Positions 59,926 to 64,000 of a stretch of DNA of 64,000 nucleotides are shown in pieces; within the stretch, counting starts at the first letter, position 1; every line of letters begins with the position of its first letter. The notes beneath the pieces were generated by a model, which did no database searches, was not told where the DNA came from, and worked only from the letters and a program-made list of their open reading frames with translations. The translations under genes were made by a program, and so were the position numbers. Origin of the DNA: an uncultured cyanobacterium (GTDB taxonomy: Bacteria; Cyanobacteriota; Cyanobacteriia; PCC-6307; Cyanobiaceae); NCBI GenBank assembly GCA_963697335.1, contig CAVONQ010000010.1, positions 1-64,000 of the forward strand, written 5' to 3'.

Positions 59926-61650
59926 TCAATGGCCTCCTGGTGCGGCAAAGACGATGGTGGACGCCACCACCTCGGCAGGGATGTGGCGATCCTGATCGCG
60001 GATGGTCAGCAGGGCGTGCAGCAGGCCCTGCTGGCAGAGTTCGGCATAGCGGCCCTCGATGGCGGCCTGCACCCGCTGGCAATGGCGTACCGCCCGCTCC
60101 CGCGCCCCGGGCACCTGGCCGTGGTAGTCGAAGCGCACCACCACCGGCACCGGCAGCCCCCGCGATACGTTCAGCCCCCGGAAGATCTTGACGCCCACAT
60201 CCAGGTCGGCGGCGCCCTCTTCCACGGTGTCCATGTAGGCGAAGTAGGTGAGGTTGCGCAGGTGGATTTCCTTGAAACCGATCCCCACGCCGATGAACCG
60301 CTCCGCGTGGCTGGCGTCGTCGTAGGCGCCGCCATGGAACTGGCGCACGTAGTCGATCTGGGAGATGTTGTGCTCGAGCAGGCGGGCCACGAGGCTCACC
60401 ATGCCGGGGTCAGGGGCCGAGGCCGCGGCCTGGCGCACCAGCTCCTGCAGCCGCTGGCGGGCCTGCTCGGGGTCCAGGTCGGCGGTGGCGGCATAGACGT
60501 CCTGGGCATCGAGCCAGCGCTCGAGGTTGGTGCTGCCATCCATGCCCGGCACGTGCACCCGGATGGCATCGGTGTCGGTGTCGATGCCCAGCAGCAGCAG
60601 ATCCACCGAGGCGCCGCAGCAGAAGCTGTTCTCCACCGCCTGCTGGAAGTCCTGCAGGCGGTGGAGCCCACAGGAGGCTGCCAGGCTGTCATTGCTGCCG
60701 TGGGCGGCGCAGCCCTCATGGCTCGGATCCCTGGAACTGAAGTGGTACATCGCCACCTTCAGGTAGCGGGTGTCGGCATGGGCGGGATTGGGGATCCCCT
60801 CCCGATAGCGGAGGTGCTCGGTCTTCACCCAGCGGTTCACCGTGTTCTCCACATCAAAGAGGGCACCGGCATGGGGCCTGCGCCGCACGGAACTGAAGGG
60901 CAGCCTCAGGCCGTAGGCGATGGCATGGCCCAGGCGGCCGTCGGCACAGGGGGTGATGTCGAGCAGGTGGAAGCCACACTCCAGCAGGAATTCATTGAAG
61001 GCCTGGGCGGCTTCACTGCCAGCCTGGCCGCCGAGGGGATCCCGATTGAAAAAGGCGGCGCTGGTCTGCTCGTAGGTCTCGAATACGCACCAGGCAAACA
61101 GGGTGCGCATGTCGAGCTGGCTCACCCAGGCGGTTTCCAGAATCGGCAGGGGCAGGGCATAGCCCAGCTGGTCCTGGGCGATCGCCTGGGCCTGGTCCAC
61201 GAAGTTGTCCTCGTGCTGGAGGGCCGACAGCTGCTTGAGCACAGGCACGATGCGGTCAAAGGCCTGCTTGACCCCCTCGTCGTAGGCCTGCAGGGCCCGG
61301 TTGGCGCCCAGATCGGTGAGCGGATGGGTGCTGGAGCCGCTCCCTGGGCTGGTCGCCGGCCGGCTCGCGAGGACGCGGCTGAAGCCTGCTGTTCGCGTAC
61401 CCGGTTTGCCCAGGCTGGAGATGTTGGGACCTGAGGGCCGGGTCCGCTGGCTCCGGCTGGGGCCGCTGGGTGTTGCTGGAGGCCGGACGGCCTGCATGGC
61501 TGCCCTGGCGCGGGTGCCGCGCAGGGGCACCGTGGGCTGGGGGCTGTTGTCAGCAGGAGGCATGCCCGGATCCCTGCTGGATCCCGGGCGGCGGCGCTGG
61601 GCTGTGGGGGCGAGCGAAGCGGCGCTGGGGCGGGAAGATCGGCGGGGCAT
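59926..61650 (-). CDS. csoSCA: Carboxysome beta-class carbonic anhydrase
   Basis: HPLTD, ITPCADGRL, HFSSRDPSHEGCAAHGSND, HLRNLTYFAY. Confidence 0.95.
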   Translation of the reverse strand: MPRRSSRPSAASLAPTAQRRRPGSSRDPGMPPADNSPQPTVPLRGTRARAAMQAVRPPATPSGPSRSQRTRPSGPNISSLGKPGTRTAGFSRVLASRPATSPGSGSSTHPLTDLGANRALQAYDEGVKQAFDRIVPVLKQLSALQHEDNFVDQAQAIAQDQLGYALPLPILETAWVSQLDMRTLFAWCVFETYEQTSAAFFNRDPLGGQAGSEAAQAFNEFLLECGFHLLDITPCADGRLGHAIAYGLRLPFSSVRRRPHAGALFDVENTVNRWVKTEHLRYREGIPNPAHADTRYLKVAMYHFSSRDPSHEGCAAHGSNDSLAASCGLHRLQDFQQAVENSFCCGASVDLLLLGIDTDTDAIRVHVPGMDGSTNLERWLDAQDVYAATADLDPEQARQRLQELVRQAAASAPDPGMVSLVARLLEHNISQIDYVRQFHGGAYDDASHAERFIGVGIGFKEIHLRNLTYFAYMDTVEEGAADLDVGVKIFRGLNVSRGLPVPVVVRFDYHGQVPGARERAVRHCQRVQAAIEGRYAELCQQGLLHALLTIRDQDRHIPAEVVASTIVFAAPGGH

Positions 61651-61657
61651 GGGCAAC

Positions 61658-64000
61658 TCAGCCGCGGGCCCCACCGGAGACGGTGATCAGGGATCCGGCC
61701 TGGGTGTTGCCGCTGGAGCCGGTCACCCGGCTCACCGGTTCGGGCACCGTGTCGTTGCGCTTGGGCTCGGCACCAGGCATGGCGCTCATGGGGCCGACGC
61801 GGGTGGGGTTGCGGCGGCGGGCGGAACGGCCCTCGGTGCCGGTCACATGTTTGCCCCGGTCCCAGTCGTCGCCAGTGATGTTGAGCCCAGCGGAGATGCC
61901 TTCACCGGTGACCCTGGAGGTGGGTCGCACATCCTGGTCCATGCTCACGGGAGCAGGGGCCGGCGAGACCTGGATGGGCCCGCGGGAGAGCTGGGTGCCC
62001 TTGCGATCGAAGCGGAACTGTTCGGTGCCGGTGACCTGGCCGGCGGCCAGGTCAAAAGGGCCGGTGATGCGCCCTCCCTGTTCGTAGGAGTTGCCGGTGA
62101 CTCCGCCGCCCTGCTGGCGCGCTGTCTGGGCGGCCCTGGCCGGCGACTGAACGCTGAACCGCTGCCAGGGGGCTGTTTCGAGGGGCTGGGGGTAGTCGGC
62201 GTCCTGGCTGCTGGCGGCACCACAGGCGGCAGCCAGCTGGTCGCCACCCACGTAGGGCGTGCCGGTGACGGGCTCACAGGCGCCTCGCCCGGCGCCGGTC
62301 ATCACACCGCCGATCCCGGGCTGGATCCCACTCATGCGGCTGGAGCCGCGCACGGGAGTGCGCTGACGGATCTCCCGCACGGCTGGAGTGGAGCAGTAGT
62401 CGGAGGCCTGCTCCAGGCCGGCGTAGGGGGTGCCGGTCACTGACTTGCAGGTGCCGGGCTCATCGCCGGTCACCTTGTCGCTGCGGCCGGTGCGGGTGCC
62501 GCTCACCACCTGGGCACGGTTGGTGACGCTGAAGCCCACCTTGGGGGCTTCAGGTTCAGGAACCGAGCCGCAGAAGGCGGCGTATTGCTGACTGCCGACA
62601 TATTCATCGCCGGTGACCAGGCGGCAGCTGCCGGGCTCGTCGCCGGTCACCCGCTGGCCACGACCCACGTGGGTGCCGGTGACACTGGTGCCCCGCAGCG
62701 TATGGAGCGAGTCCACCTTGGTGGGTGCCCGGCCGGGGGTCGGCGGTTCGGCGCCGAGGTACTGGTCGCCCGTGAGCTGCAGGCCTGAGCCTGGCTCATC
62801 GCCCGTGACCCGCTCGGAGCGTCCCACCATCACTCCGGAAACCGGTTGGCCGCCCAGGGTCTGGCTCCTGCCCACCTTGCGTGGACTGGATTGGGCTGTG
62901 CCGCAATAGGACGCCATCTGGTTGGCCGACACGTACTCGGTGCCGGTGACCAGCTTGCAGGTGCCGGGTTCGTCGCCGGTGACCTTTTCGGATCGGCCCA
63001 CCTCGTTGCCCGTCACCCGGTTGCCGTGGCTGGTGGCCGTGAGACGCACCTTGGCCGGCTGGCGGCTGGGAGCGTCGCTCTGGCAGAAGGTCTGGAACAC
63101 CTCCGCGCCCAGGTATTCGGTGCCGGTGATGGCGCGACAGGTGGCGGCCTCGTTGCCCGTGGTCTTGGGCGAGCGGTTGGCCTGGGTGCCGGTCACCACC
63201 TGGCCGGAGGTGGTTTCACTCATACCCACCTTCCAGTGGGCATCGGCCGTGGCGGCCTGCTGGGCGCCGTGGCGGTTGGGGCCGCAGGGGCGGGTGCCAC
63301 CACTGCGGCAGGAGCCGGCACTGCCCACCTTGGCCTTGAGTTCCCGTACCTTCTGGGCGAGCTCGCGGGTGCTGATGTCGGGATTGCCCTGGCGGGCCAG
63401 GGTGGCGGCGGTGCTGTTGGTGGGGGTGTTGGCGGATTTGCCGCGCTTGGAGAGGGCCTCCCGCCTGGCCAGCACCAGGGCCCGGCTGGGGTTGTGCTGG
63501 GCCTGGGCCCGCTTCATGGTGCGGCGCTCGGCGGCTCCGCCGCTGCCGGAGCCAATGCGCGAGCTCGACAGGCTGAGATTGGGGGAGGGGCGGCTGCCGG
63601 GGCTGGACGCCGTCGGGGCTGCTGGCGTGGCGTTGGCCGCTGGCTCGCTGCTGGTGGCAGAGCTGGTGCCGCGGGTCACGGTCAGGCCCAGATCCGTTCT
63701 GGTGCGATCGCGGGATGTGCTGGCCCGCTTGCCCTTCTGGGTGAGGGCCTCGCGGCGGGCCAGTGCCAGCTCCCGGCTGTGGTTCAGGACCCGTCTGGGG
63801 GGGGTGCTGCGCGGAGCGTCAGGGGCGCTCAGGGAAAAACTGGCACGGCTGGGGGCACATCTGGGATCAGCTGCAGGCTGACTGGCCTCGGCCACCGGAG
63901 CCGCAGTCTCGATCGATCGGGCCTGGCGCAGGTCCTCGACGGTGCGCACCCGGCTTGGGCTGGAGACGAATCTGCCAGCAGCCTTCTTGCCCCCTGTGGT
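61658..64000 (-). CDS. csoS2: Carboxysome scaffold CsoS2 (5' end outside window)
   Basis: N-repeats RELALARREAL, M-repeats VTG..GRS..VTGDEPG.C..VTG.EY, C-terminal ITVSGGARG. Confidence 0.95.
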   Translation of the reverse strand, partial: TTGGKKAAGRFVSSPSRVRTVEDLRQARSIETAAPVAEASQPAADPRCAPSRASFSLSAPDAPRSTPPRRVLNHSRELALARREALTQKGKRASTSRDRTRTDLGLTVTRGTSSATSSEPAANATPAAPTASSPGSRPSPNLSLSSSRIGSGSGGAAERRTMKRAQAQHNPSRALVLARREALSKRGKSANTPTNSTAATLARQGNPDISTRELAQKVRELKAKVGSAGSCRSGGTRPCGPNRHGAQQAATADAHWKVGMSETTSGQVVTGTQANRSPKTTGNEAATCRAITGTEYLGAEVFQTFCQSDAPSRQPAKVRLTATSHGNRVTGNEVGRSEKVTGDEPGTCKLVTGTEYVSANQMASYCGTAQSSPRKVGRSQTLGGQPVSGVMVGRSERVTGDEPGSGLQLTGDQYLGAEPPTPGRAPTKVDSLHTLRGTSVTGTHVGRGQRVTGDEPGSCRLVTGDEYVGSQQYAAFCGSVPEPEAPKVGFSVTNRAQVVSGTRTGRSDKVTGDEPGTCKSVTGTPYAGLEQASDYCSTPAVREIRQRTPVRGSSRMSGIQPGIGGVMTGAGRGACEPVTGTPYVGGDQLAAACGAASSQDADYPQPLETAPWQRFSVQSPARAAQTARQQGGGVTGNSYEQGGRITGPFDLAAGQVTGTEQFRFDRKGTQLSRGPIQVSPAPAPVSMDQDVRPTSRVTGEGISAGLNITGDDWDRGKHVTGTEGRSARRRNPTRVGPMSAMPGAEPKRNDTVPEPVSRVTGSSGNTQAGSLITVSGGARG

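Noticed and set aside
62530..62560. Programmed -1 frameshift site in csoS2
   Set aside because: The A-P-K codons read gcc ccc aag, which is not an X XXY YYZ slippery heptamer
52312..64000. Alpha-carboxysome and NDH-1(4) cluster as a novelty
   Set aside because: Gene order and content are standard for Cyanobium/Synechococcus

Overview
The window joins two unrelated genomes at an A117/T114 homopolymer junction (11813-12043), almost certainly an assembly or library chimera. Left (1-11812) is moderate-GC DNA resembling Desulfobacterales. It holds an aldehyde:ferredoxin oxidoreductase 3' end, a methyltransferase, a universal stress protein, a Spy/CpxP + OmpR-type two-component module, a ZraS/ZraR-like system driving a sigma54 metal-response operon (its multicopper oxidase has collapsed by internal deletion), a nitroreductase and a truncated IS110. 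Right (12044-64000) is a high-GC picocyanobacterium (Cyanobium/Synechococcus type). From 12044 to about 33250 lies a genomic island at the 3' end of tRNA-Pro(UGG). The island carries a DUF1998 helicase + RelE-UvrD helicase pair, two ardC genes, an IS5 interrupted by an IS110 whose bridge-RNA guides can be read directly from the sequence, four copies of a hairpin element in front of small leftward genes (single-stranded-promoter-like), and a seven-gene capsid/decoration/collagen-fibre module with no visible portal, terminase or tail. The rest is core genome (gloB, hisG, ppk2, dnaA etc.) ending in the alpha-carboxysome/NDH-1(4) locus (cbbX, cupB, ndhD4, ndhF4, csoS1E, csoS4A/B, csoSCA, csoS2). 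The strongest candidate for a new system is the portal-less capsid-plus-fibre module embedded in an ardC/hairpin-cassette island. Family assignments come from motif recognition by eye; no database searches were run.
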